Source: Nemertoderma westbladi (lineage: Eukaryota; Animalia; Xenacoelomorpha). Taken from it: DNA of 64,000 nucleotides. Location: the NCBI GenBank assembly GCA_032718475.1, contig JAUCBJ010008242.1, positions 62,001-126,000 of the forward strand. Direction: 5' to 3'. Under the pieces are notes generated by a model. The model was not told where the DNA came from, did no database searches, and saw nothing but the letters and a program-made list of their open reading frames with translations. The translations under genes and the position numbers were made by a program. Positions within the stretch are counted from its first letter, which is position 1. Every line of letters begins with the position of its first letter. Below, one piece after another: positions 12,049 through 24,091 of this stretch.

Positions 12049-14482
12049 TCAGACCTTCGCTGCCACTTCCTTGCTGATCCCGGTCGTTGGCTCCTTGGGC
12101 GCTGGTGTTATTAGTGCCCGATATCGCTTCGCCGGTGGCCCCTCAGAGTGGCCCGGTTGCCTCCCTCTGGTGGCGTCCCATAGGATCATTTTCATTGCCT
12201 TTGGTATGTGCTCTGCCAAGAAATCCCTAAACTCCCTTCGGTTCTCTGGCGTCCACCTGTCCAAATACCTTTGCGTGTTCATCACTCCGGCGTACGACGC
12301 CGCCGTTGCTACCTCTTGGTAGGTAAACGGTAGCCTCCGCTTTATGATTTCCATGTGAGTCTCCTGATTGATAAGGAAGAAACCCCACTTGAACTCCTGG
12401 GCCTTCATGCGCTGGCGCGTCATGGCCCCGACGTCGGCCCACTCCTCGAATCTTGTGAACTTCTCCTCGTCGTTCATCCAGTCGCACTCGCGTCCGTAGT
12501 GTCCCCGAAAGTGGCACTTTGGACATCGGTTATGCAACCGTGGACACGCCCCCATCCTGTGGCTTGGTTCTCTGCAGTAGAGACAAAAGGTTCCCTGTTG
12601 GAACCGGTATAGGCAGCTGCTTTCCCGATGGGTCTGTCTCCCACAGTAGTCGCAGCCGAGTACCAATGTCTCCCGTCCCACCTTGTCCTTCGTCCCAAGC
12701 GATCTCCGCGGTCTGTGGAGTCGCTGGTAGGCGAACTTCTCTACGTTGGTCTCTCTATCTACGTCGATCTCTCCGCCCCTCTCGGGCATCGTCTCCCCGA
12801 ATACTATCCGTGGTGCCGTCCCCGGTTGCTCGCCCAACCTGATGGTGCTCCCCGCGAAATCCATCGCCGGGTCCTCGTGCACCCAGGTCCGCTTGCCGGA
12901 TCTGTTCCAGAAGGCCCTCGCCCCACTGGCCGTCACGACCCTTCCGCCAACCCAGTCCGTGTCCGAGTGGCCTATCCTCTCGATGGGCGGCATCTCTCCG
13001 AACTCGTCGTCGTCGTCCTCCTCTTCTGGTAGTGTCTCCAATCCCGGTATCCCGATGGATCCACTATGTCCCTTCCCGCCTTGGCTCTCACCCGTAGCTC
13101 TCCATCCTTCTAGCTCCCTTAACTTCCTTGGCGGTTGGTCGCCCTCGGCGCCTGCTGGTATAGGCATCATTTGCAACCCCGACGTCGACTGTTTCGGCGA
13201 TCCCACCGTCCATCCCAATTCTCGCCCTAGAGACTCCCCCGAACTCCCTGATGAAGTCCAATGAAGTTCGTCTAGGCCTGCCTGTTCCTCGAAGCCGTAA
13301 CTCTGTGTCCTGGCATCCTCTTCCCTCTCCTCTGCTTCTATCCTCTCCCGTCTAGCGACTTCTTCCAGTCGCTTTGCTTCTCGTCTATCCGTCTCTAGCT
13401 GCTCCCATCTCTGATACGGTGTATCTGTCTCCCCGTCTACCAGATGTCGGCTGTTGTAGTACACCGACTCGCCCTTCAGCCCCGGGTGGTCTACCAGACC
13501 GTCAAAGGCCGTCTTAAAGGCTCTCCTGTAGCTTAGGGGTGATCCCGATAACAGAAATGCCCCTGGTTCCCTCTCGATAACCACGGTCATGAATAAGTTA
13601 AGCAAACTTATCATCATCCAGTCTTCCTGCAGGATATATCGCTTCTGATATACCTTTATCGCTCCCCTGCGGAACTGATATACCTCCTGCTTTCCCGGTC
13701 TCGCTCCCCACTCTAGCGAGTTCGCTAGTTCTGCTCCGTATTCTTCCCTAAACTTCCCCCAGTCCATCGGTTTGTGGCATACGAGCCCCAATAATTGGCC
13801 CATCGCCACCGCCCCGCATTGGCCTGTGTTTTCGACTACCCCCAACCCATCCGGTGCCGTCATAGCCATAAAGACTTTCTGCATATCCAGGAGGTTGGTG
13901 GCGTCCGGACCGATGATCCTCTCCGCGTCCTCGCGAATCGCCGATCCCACTTTCGTCGTCGACTTCTCCCTTACTAAGACTTGTACCGCTTTTGGTAACT
14001 GGTTTAATTTCGGTCCGTCCTTCTTCCCATACGTCCCTAGGTCGAATAAGAAGATGTCCCCATTTGGCGCGGCCAAATGTAGGAGTATGGTCCTGGCCGA
14101 CCCCGCCGTTCCTCGTCTCGAACCCGCCTTGTCTTCCACGGTTCCCTCGTCGTCTAGGATCATATATCCTCCTCTGTTGACGGACTCTATGAATCTCTTC
14201 CAGTCCTTCCTCGGTGATTCCCTCGGGTACTTCGGAATCCCGAACTTCGCCTCGTCCCCTTTCACCACGTAGTGGAAGTGTTGGAAGATCGCGTTGTCTA
14301 GGTGCTGTTCGCTGTTCGTGCATCTCTCTGAAGTGATCCTGCAGCGCTCGCGCCGCGTGACCCCTTTCCAACCTCTCGTAGTATTCTCTCGTCTTCTCTT
14401 CCGGATGTCTCTCAGTGAAATCCACCAGTATCTCCTTTCCTCCTGACTCCGCTTTTCTCTTTCTGATCAACTTACTCGCCAT
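12049..14482 (-). CDS. Accessory protein of inner BEL element: DEDD(y)-type 3'-5' exonuclease (WRN/EXD/RNase D-like), coiled coil and 3 CCHC zinc knuckles; ~808 aa after removing a 7-bp duplication
   Basis: ILDDEG (ExoI), TILLHLA, IFLFDL, LPKAVQVLVREKSTTKVGSAIREDAERI (ExoII), NLLDMQ, W...YQKRYILQED (ExoIII-like); CDYCGRQTHRESSC, CLYCREPSHRMGAC, CPKCHFRGHYGREC; GCTGTTC x2 at 14304-14317 explains the frameshift. Confidence 0.82.
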
Positions 14483-14964
14483 TCCGAACGTTCACTCGCT
14501 CACCTGCAAGGTGGTGCCTTACCAAGGCGCAATACAGATGAGTGATGTATCTAAGATGTTCTGTACGGTTCGATAATGGCCTATTTCCTACTTAACTGCG
14601 CCTTTTAACCTAAATTATTCCTAATTAATTTTGAAGCTAGTAAATGAGCGTAATTTACAATTTCTGTCCGTTACTTTTATTATGTTCTAGAATAACTTCC
14701 CTTGTGTTGCCACTATTTTACAACTTTCAGCTCTATTCTGTTTATTTATCTATTTAACTTGATTCTACTGTCCTACTACTTACTACTGCCTATGGATTAT
14801 TCTATTCTCTAATCCACATTCTGGCCTACTCTGTGGGTCTATGCAGTACAGCAGTATGCGTCGTGTGGCCACACGACTCACCCAGCTGTACTCATATGCC
14901 CCCCTCTCGCTACTAACGCTACTAACTGCTAACTAATATCTATATCTATATCCCCTTTTACCTC

Positions 14965-15400
14965 TTACTCTCTCTCTTCTAACTAACAGTACTACGTACC
15001 CTCTAACTCTAACTCTTCTAACTAACGGTACTTACGTACCCTCTAACTCTCTAACTAACTAGCGGTACTTACGTACCCTCTAACTCTCTAACTAACTATC
15101 GGTACTACGTACCCTCTAACTCTCTAACTAACTATCGGTACTACGTACCCTCTGACTCTCTAACTAACTATCGGTACTACGTACCCTCTAACTCTCTAAC
15201 TAACGGTACTTACGTACCCTCTAACTCTCTAACTAACTATCGGTACTACGTACCTCCTAACTAACTAACTAACTAACGGTACTTACGTACCCTCTAACTA
15301 ACTCTCTAACTGGCGGTACTACGTACCTCCTAACTAACTAACTAACTAGGTACTACGTACCTTCTAACCAACTCTCTGTCTACTAACTGCGTACCTACCA
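14965..15400. repeat. Minisatellite (~33-37-bp units, ~11 copies) between integrase and the accessory ORF
   Basis: Unit ctaactctctaactaactatcggtactacgtaccct with variable (ctaa)n. Confidence 0.92.
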
Positions 15401-15513
15401 TGTACTATTTTTTTTATTTTATTTTATTATTTTGTTTGTGGGAAGGGCGGCTCGCCCTCAATCCCACCCCCCTCAGTCCAAAACTTGGACGACTAAACTT
15501 TTCTGTAACTCTA

Positions 15514-18500
15514 CTAAGGTGCCCCTTCTAATAGACAGCATTTGCCTACAGCTCTCCTGTAGGTTTTTCTGTCCTTCGCACCTATCTTTCCACCTATCCG
15601 CACTTCTACCGATCGGACTCTTCCGTCCTCGTCGGAGTAGGTGCCTACAACTCTCGCCAACCGCCATTGGTTGTTGATGATAGTATCATCCGTAACGATT
15701 ACGAGATCTCCCTCTCTTAACTCCCTGTTTGACTTCCTCCACTTGCTTCGTTTATGGAGTGTGGGTAGGTATTCCTCGACCCACCTCCTCCAATACTCTG
15801 CGCTTATTGCCTTTGCGACTTTCCAACTTTGGCGGGAGTGTATGTCATCTGGGTCTACACCCCGCATATCGATGGTCGCTGGCCTTTCCATCAGGAAATG
15901 GCTAGGCGTCAGCACGTCTAATGACTCAGGGTCATCATTCTCCGGATATAGCAGTCTGCTATTAATGATCCCCTCGCACTTCGCAAGTACTGTCCGTAAG
16001 ACGTCCTCAGTGACCATGTGGGTGTTCATCAGCTTCGTCATTAGACGCTTTGAACTGCCCACCAGTCTCTCGACGCATCCTAGTGCATGTGGTGCATACG
16101 GCATCCTTCTCTCCCACTTTACTTGTCGTCGTCTCATGGCTGCCCTGACTTCTTCTCCCTCCAAGATGTCCAAGGCCTCTGCCATCTCACTCTCTGCGCC
16201 CACAAAGTTGGTGCCGTTGTCACTGTATATCACTGCGATCGTCCCACCTTTGCGGTCCCTAAACCTTTCTAAGGCATTAATGAATGCTGATGCGGTTGCA
16301 TCTTGGGCGAGTTCTATCCCTACCGCCCGTGTGTTGTTGCATACGAAGATAATGCCGTAGCGTTTCTCCGTGTGTTGCATCACTTTGATCTTTATCGGCC
16401 CGAACATGTCCACACTGCAATGCGTAAATGGCGGGTCGTGCTGTCTTACCCTACTCGCCGGTAGTGGCGCCATCTCCTGTACGGCTCGCTCCTTCTTCGC
16501 TCGTCGGCAGGTCTGGCACTGCCCCACTACCGCTTTTACCTTCTTCCTCAGTTGTTTGACCCAATAGGTCCTCCTTATCTCTGTGAGGGTTCGGTTGGTG
16601 CCCCCATGTAATATCGATTTGTGGGAGTCCCATATAATCTGGTGGACTATTGGCGATCCTGTAGGAATGATGATGGGTTTCGGTGGTACGACTATGCTGT
16701 TGTTGTATCCCACCCTAGAATTCATTACTAGAATCCCGTCGTCATTGAGTTGTGGCGACAGCGTAATCAGCTCGCTGTCCCGTCGGAGGTGCTGTTGGTT
16801 ACCGACGCGTTCCACCTCGTCGCCGTAGTTCTTCCGTTGTTCATAGCGGATCACTGCCTTGGCCGCTCCTTCCAGATCTATGGTTGTCCTGATCTTCTTG
16901 TCCTTGCCAACTCCCGCAAGGAAATTCCCGAAGGCTCTCCAGTACGCCACTAGTTTCTTGGTCTTATACCAACTAGAACTGTAGCTGAGGAGTTTATCCG
17001 TCGGGTTATCGCACAGTTCCCGTCCTGGTTGCACGTCCCTAATCTCCCTCACAATCTGGGAGTATATCTCTTCTCCCTCTGAATCTCCCTCTTCTCCCTC
17101 TGACACTACTTCTGAGCCCGGGTCCACCTTTCTCATCGGCGGCCAGGCCTCCTTATCGCTCAGAAATTGTGGCCCATGTTGCCACAATACTTCCTTCTTC
17201 AAGAAAGTGTGGCGTACCACGCCCCTTGACAACAAGTCCGCTGGGTTATCGTCTGTTGGGCAGTAGTGCCACCTTTCCAATTCTGTACTCGCCCTTATTT
17301 CGTCCACTCTATTCGCGACGAATATCGGGTATCTCGTCCTTTCGTTGTGTAGCCAACCAAGCACTACCATGGAGTCCGTCCAGTAGTGTGTCTCCACTAT
17401 GTTGGGAATAGTATCCACTAGGTAGGCTGTGGCTCTTACTCCTAGTCTCGCGGCTGTCAATTCTAACTTAGGAACTGATGCTGAATCTGGTGGCGTTGAC
17501 TTTGCTTTACTAAAGGCTAGTCTTGGCTTATGAGCCCCCTCTCGTTGTACTAAGTAGAGTGCCGCTCCGTACGCTTCCAACGACGCGTCGGAGAACATGT
17601 GTAGGTCCAGATTCGTCATGTTCCCATCCGGGAAATACACCCGTGGCATGTTGTATGTTCCCATCTTCTCCAAGTCTCCTGTCCACTTGCTCCACTGCTT
17701 CTTGATTTCCTATGGTACCTCTACGTCCCATTCATCTTTCAATTTGTATACTCTCTTGAGTATCTGTTTCCCCGTGACTAATAATGGGGATGCTAGGCCT
17801 AGGGGATCGTATATCCTTGCTATATACGATACATAACCCCTCTTCATGTGGATGTCTGCGCCCTCCTGGCTCAGCTGATACTTCAGTTCGTCTGTCTCTC
17901 TATCCCACACGATTCCCAATGCCTTCTGCTGGGATTCCGTTCTCTTAATTGCCATGTCCTGCCCTTTGGCTGTTGTGGGATTATCCATGGTCGATTCTGG
18001 TTTCCTGTCCTCTATGGCTTTGATAAATTCTTCCGAACTGGATTGGAATTTGGTCAGGTTAATGCCGGATCCTTTTAGGATGTCGCGAACCTCGCGCCCT
18101 GTATCCAGTATCTCCTTAACCGTATTTCCAGACTCCATTCCATCGTCTACGTAGAAGCCGCATCGAATCATATCGACGGCCCTACTGCTGTATCTATCTT
18201 CCTTCCCCTTTACTGTGTCTCTCACTGCCATAGTCGTCGTAAATGAAGACGACTTGGCTCCCATGTTCTGTACTACCATCTTATATGCCGGTATTATCGA
18301 CGGTTCTTCCTCGCCGTTATACCATAAGAAGCGCTGACTGTCGCTATCTTCCTCCGTTACACGGACTTGGTTGAACATGCCTTCTATGTCACACGTGAAG
18401 GCGTGTTTCCCATTTCTAAATCTAAGTAACACCTCTATGCCCGAATTGTATATGTTTGGGCCTTCTAACAGGTAGTCGTTTAAGCACTTTCCGTCGGTCT

Positions 18501-21500
18501 TTGCCGATGCGTCGACTACCATCCTTAGTTTACCTTTCTTTGGGTCTAAAGCCACGTGCAGTGGCAGGTAATATGTCCTATCCGTGTTCGGCTCGTCGAC
18601 CGGTAACTCCACGGCCCATCCTTTCTCGACGTACTTCTTAATTGTTCTGTGGATGTACTCATTCTTCTCGGGGCTCCATTTTAGTGTTTGTTTCAGTTTG
18701 CGGAGTCTCGTGAGTACCATCCCCCTATTGTCGGGCAGCGGTATCTTCGGTAGTTTCCATACCATTGCTATAGTATACCGTCCCTCATTGCATGTCATTG
18801 ATTCCTCCACGCTTTGTAGAGCCTGCTTGTCTTCTACTGAGGTCCCGACTCCGGTTTCTTTCAGTCCCTCGAAATCCTGTCTGAGCAGTCTTTTAAGCTG
18901 CTCCTCTGCTCCCTCGTCACCCATTTCCTGCATTGTTCCCGCGAACATGCATCCTGATGTCTCCGACATCCTAAATGGTATCTTACTCTTGATTGGACCA
19001 CTCAGCGTCCACCCGAATGGTGTTAATATTGCCACCGGGTCACTCTGCTTGTCTTCGCCGAAGACCGTTTGCATTCTTTCGTGGGCCGTTGGGCAGTCCA
19101 TGCCTACTATGATGGACACCTTCCTAACGTCCACGTCTGGGATAGAGAAGTCAATGTCGTCCAGGAATTTATACTGCTCGACCTCGATGTTGGTTGGTCG
19201 CCTGGCATTAATATTAATTGACTCTATCACTTGGATGGGGTCGATGGTTGCCCCATAGTCGCATCCTGGTGCTATTGCTGCAATTGCGCACCGTCCTGTT
19301 CTCATCTCCAGGATCTCATCTTTGCTAGAGATGGTTGTTACCGCCATCCTGCTTGGCCTCGTTCTCAATCCTATCTCCTCGGCCACCCATTCCTCGACTT
19401 ATGTGAAGGCAGCTCCACTATCAACCAGCATTAGTGTTGTTACTGATCGATTGCCTTCCCCGATCACTCGCACTGGTACTACTCCAAGTAACACTGTTCC
19501 CCTCTTCTTCGCCCCTACTGTGCTGGTCGCCATCGTTTGGCCTCTCCTTTGACCAAATTTTATTGGCTTCTCCTTGCACTCCCTTGCTCTATGTCCACTC
19601 ATTACACATCGCGAGCAGATTTTATTGCTGAACGCATAATCTATCTGATCCTGCCTAGGTAGCGCCTGCCAGTACCTGCAGTTCATGGTTTGATGAAGCG
19701 CATTTGCGTGTAGCTGGCATTTGCTCTTTGGGTCGTAGCCCTCTTTATACAGTGCATTGCGTATCGCAGTTGCGTTTGTACCAAAGTCCCTACTATTCTT
19801 ATTGTTTGGATTTAGCCTACTGGGCGTACTGGGGTTATGTTTATTCGTGTTGTTATTGTTTCCCTGTCCGCTCCATGGTGTTGTCTTTTCTTCGGCTAGC
19901 TGTGGACTTGCAGTCCCCTGCGTCGCTGCATATGGCAATGATTACCTGAGTCTCGGTAATGCGTTTGATGTGTTGTGCTCTGGTTTCGGTCTATGGTAGT
20001 CTGTCTTCGGTCCCTTTCCCAGGCTATCTTCGCTATAGACTGGGTCAGTTATTAGTTCAGCCTCGTAGTTTAAGAAGTTTGACATTTCTTCTAAACCCGG
20101 TTCCGCACCCTTCTTATCTCGAGTGGAGAAGGCGATTTTTCTCCACTTGTTGCGCAGCCAGCTTGGTAGTGCCTGCGCTATCGTGGTGATGTTATTGGAC
20201 GCATTGAGCTCGTATGGCGCGTCTAGCGTCTTCAGCACGATCAGCGCCTTTTCGACTTTGTTAGCGAACGTCTTAATGCTAACGGGATTATCCTGTAGGC
20301 CACCCGATGTTATGCCTCTCAGCGTCTGCCTGATGATCTTGGCCGGGTGCCCGTATTCCCTATCCAGTGCCCGCCATGCTGTCGTGAAGCCGCCCTCTAT
20401 TCCTTGATATTGCCTCACGATATCGTATGCTGGGCCTCCCGTGTACACTTGTAGATACTTTAGGCACTCCGCCTGCGTCAAGTTTTTTGTTAGTATTTCG
20501 TTACTATACATACGCCGAAACTGTAGATATTCTTCCGGCCTACTCCCATCGAATTTGAATGGTTCCACGGGTGGTAACTCGATCCTCGTTTTCAACGCAT
20601 CGATCAACGTGGCCATCCCCATCGCCTGTGCTTCCAATGGATTCGATGGATGCTGTATAGTTTCTCCTGTCTGGTGCGTTCCGTCTGTCCTATTTCTTGA
20701 CTTTCTCTGACTTGGGTATGTCATCGGGGGTAGCGGCCCCCTCCATATTTCTGTGTCACACGACCTATTCTCATCCAAGGGTCTCGTTGTTCTTGCTCCT
20801 ATCGGGGTATATTGTTGATATTGTGATGGGGGAATGTCACCCTGTCCCCCCCCCCACCGGTATGTTTGGTACTGGGGTTGATGTTAATATGTTGGGGCCC
20901 ATGCACCTATCCGCAATAATTCCCCCCTCCCCTGGGTATATGTTATGTCCCTGCATGCTGTAGTCATACTGCTGTGCTGGTACCGGTATAGGCCTATCAG
21001 CTTCTGGCCTACCCGCCGGTATGTATTCCGCGACTTCCGGGTTTAATCCCGTTGTCCACGCTATCCTATCGCCTACATTGCCTCTCTCAGTATGGCCTAT
21101 GGTATGTGCAGTAAGGCCTACAGTATGTCCTACAGTCTGCATGTGTTGTTCGGGATCGAAGTTTATTCTTCTCGAATAATCCTCCCCGCGGCTACCGTAT
21201 TCTCGATCGATAGGTGTATTCCGTCGGAAAGTTTCTCTTCGACCCCCCTCTCTACTGTTCTCATCTTCGTACCGGTACATCGCGTACCCCTCTCTCGCCG
21301 CGTAGTGCGCCTCGCCGGGTCGCATCTCTCCGGGGCGACGGCAATCTCCCGGAGTCCGACCCCACTGACTCTCTGTTCTCATCTCGACTACCGACGGCTC
21401 GCTATCCGTCCTCGCTCTTCTATCGTTCGCGGCGATACTTCTACTACTGTCTTCTCTTCTTCTCCTTTCAGTGGAGTATTCCCGCTCGTGAGATCTCTCG

Positions 21501-24022
21501 TCGACCTCCCGGTTAAACCCCACTGTTCTTCTTCCCTCTTCTGATCGGGCTCGACGCTTCGTCCGCCCTCTTACGAAGTCAACCTGTCTCTCTCTACTCG
21601 GTCGCACGCTGCTGGGGATACTCGCAATCCCCCTATTACTTTCCGTCGCTGGTTGTTGCGCTTTACCTATTTTGGCCCTCGCATTATCCGCTGACGGCTG
21701 TGGGACACTCTCTGCCCCCCCCTCTCGCCGCTAACTCGCTGTTGTGGGGCCCCTGTAGCCCCCCCCCCACTCGCCACATCTAATTTCACTATCTCTCACT
21801 ACGTTACTATATCCCTCTTTAGTCGACACATCAACCCTATCGCGGTCGGGTCTATTCACCCCCGCCTCTCTCTCTGCTATTGCGTGGCCTACCAGGCCCT
21901 CTGCTCCCTGCCTACCGACTATGCGGCCTACCAGGCCCTCGCTGGGTCCATCCAACCCAGCCACTCCCTGCCTACCAACTACGTGGCCTACCAGGCCCTC
22001 GCTGGGTCCATCCAACCCAGCCACTCCCTGCCTACCAACTACGTGGCCTACCAGGCCCTCGCCGGGTCTACCTAACCCAGCCACTCCCTGCCTACCAACT
22101 ACGTGGCCTACCAGGCCCTCGCCGGGTCTACCTAACCCAGCCACTCCCTGCCTACCAACTACGTGGCCTACCTGGGCCCCATCTGTCTGGCCATACACGC
22201 CCGACGTGTTTACATTAATAGCACCCGTATTGGGAGCGGAATTAACTTGTTCGTTCGAAATAAAATCATTTGAATTATCTTGTAAATTCGGGCTTGGCTC
22301 ATTAATTAAATTATTTGAATTATTATTATTTTGATTATTTGGATTATTTTGCGTAGCTACATTAATGTTAGGATTATTTTCTACATTAATATTAAGATTG
22401 TTCTGATTTAAATTTAAATTACTACCACTAGGCAAAGTATTTCCTGCAATAAAGGTTTGATTAGAATTATCCCATACGGTACTATTAATATTAACCACGT
22501 CTGCTGTACCATTATCATTATTACCCCCCCCCCCCCGCCCGTACGGTCACACCAGTTTTGTTGGGTCTGTCGTGCGGTCCCTGTAAGTGGGGTATTAATA
22601 AATGTATCCACGGCCCCTGGCTCCTCTAAAATACTCGAGCCTGTCTCGCTCTCAGACGCCCCCGCCCGCACCAGTTGCAGCTCGTGCGCGCGTCTAACCC
22701 TATGTTCCCCAAGCTCACTTTGGCGTCTCTTTAATTCCTCGTGGTCTCGCTCGGCTCCTGCCATTCTCCTCTCACACTCCCGCGTGTCCCGCTCAGCCAA
22801 CTCTACTACTTTCCTAGCACTCTCCCTTCGCCTCGCTTCACGCTCCTTACGTTCACTTTCCTTTCTCGCCTCATGCTCCTTGCGTTCCGCCTCGCGCCCT
22901 TTGCGTTCCCTTTCCTCTCTCGCCTCACGTTCCCTACACTCCTTTTCCTCTATTTCCTCACACTCCCTAAGGCCTCTCAAAGCCCGTTCGGCCCTCTCTC
23001 CGGTTTCTCTAATCAATGCCGCTTCCCTCTCTAGCCGCATTCTTCCCTCCTCTAGCCGTTTATCCATTTCCCTTTGACCATGCTCTATCAGCTCGAGACA
23101 GTACGCGGCACCTGCCTCTCTCACCCGTCTTTCTTTCGCGGAGGATGTAGCAGACTTATCGGTTACGACGGACTCCCTCCGCCTTCCCGATCTACTAGCT
23201 TTCCCCCTCCTCCCGGAACTCCCTCCGACCGACGAGGCCGAATCCTCGGGGTTAACCTCGGATTCGCCCCCTTCAGGTCTGTTCCAACCCATTAATTTTA
23301 TACCCCGGGCATCGATTAAATATGGCCCTATGTACACTACACTACAGTTCCTCGGCAACCTTTCTCGCTCTCTCCTCGGCCAATTCTCTCTGCCCGAAAC
23401 GCATTAGATAGTATAAATGTCTGTCCGACTTACCTAGTTCTGACTTCAGTTTTACCTCGTCTATCGTTTTCCCCTTTCTGGCCTCCTCTAGTAGTCTCCG
23501 GGTCGCGTTGTAGGCCCGTCGAAGTCGCTCAGAAACCCCAACGTCCTCGTCGCCGACCTCTCGTCCGTCTCTCCGGGTTCGACGTCGTACCGGCGGCCCC
23601 ACCGTCGCCGTTTCGGCGGGCCATCCGTCGCCCACGGCCTGTGGCTGGCCGGCGACATCGGTATCGACACCTCCGTCGTCTCTCCGGGTCCTTCCTCGTA
23701 CCGTCGGCCCTTCCGTCGTCGTCTTGGTGGGCCGTTCGTCGCTCTCGGCCTGTGGCTGGCCAGCGACGCCGGTGCGTCGACCCTCGTCCCGTGTCGACTC
23801 GTCTCCTTCTCCCTCGAGCCCGCTCTCTCTATCCTCCGACTCGACTCCCCCTCCTCTCGACTCGGCTTCTGACTCCAGATGGTCTCCCTCGTCTTGAACT
23901 TCCGGGTCGCCCGTTATCGATGGCTCCGGTGTCGTGGGCCTATACCGCCTGGTCGCGGCCTCGCGGATCGTTTGTTCTTTGTCCGGGGTCCGCGTCGGTG
24001 TTATTTCTCCCGACTGACTCAT
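15514..24022 (-). pseudogene. gag-pol: Inner BEL gag-pol polyprotein, disrupted by frameshifts (several at G-runs) and in-frame stops at 19942, 19399 and 17710
   Basis: Collinear ORFs 23342-24022, 22414-23358, 21731-22498, 20837-21607, 19942-20778 (FDGSRPEEYLQF), 19399-19938 (CQLH..H..C, CSRCVMSGHRAREC, LVDSGA), 17710-19386 (RT), 15514-17673 (RH+IN). Confidence 0.95.
21880..22175 (-). repeat. 60-bp coding tandem repeat in inner gag N-terminus (GLVGHVVGRQGVAGLGRPGE, ~4.5 copies)
   Basis: Lines 21961-22170 repeat with period 60. Confidence 0.95.
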
Positions 24023-24091
24023 CTTTCTTTATCTCTAAATTGGTCGCTGATGGTTACAGAGTTTATCTAGGGCGGCAGCTGATTTAGTTAC

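Noticed and set aside
12049-14482. env gene
   Set aside because: No signal peptide or clear TM anchor; nuclease and knuckle motifs instead
14965-15400. Palindrome-containing ~36-bp repeats next to a nuclease gene resemble a CRISPR array
   Set aside because: No unique spacers (units differ only in CTAA count), eukaryotic LTR-element context, no cas genes
15641-24087. Many long plus-strand ORFs (also 39517-40314)
   Set aside because: Antisense shadows of retroelement coding sequence
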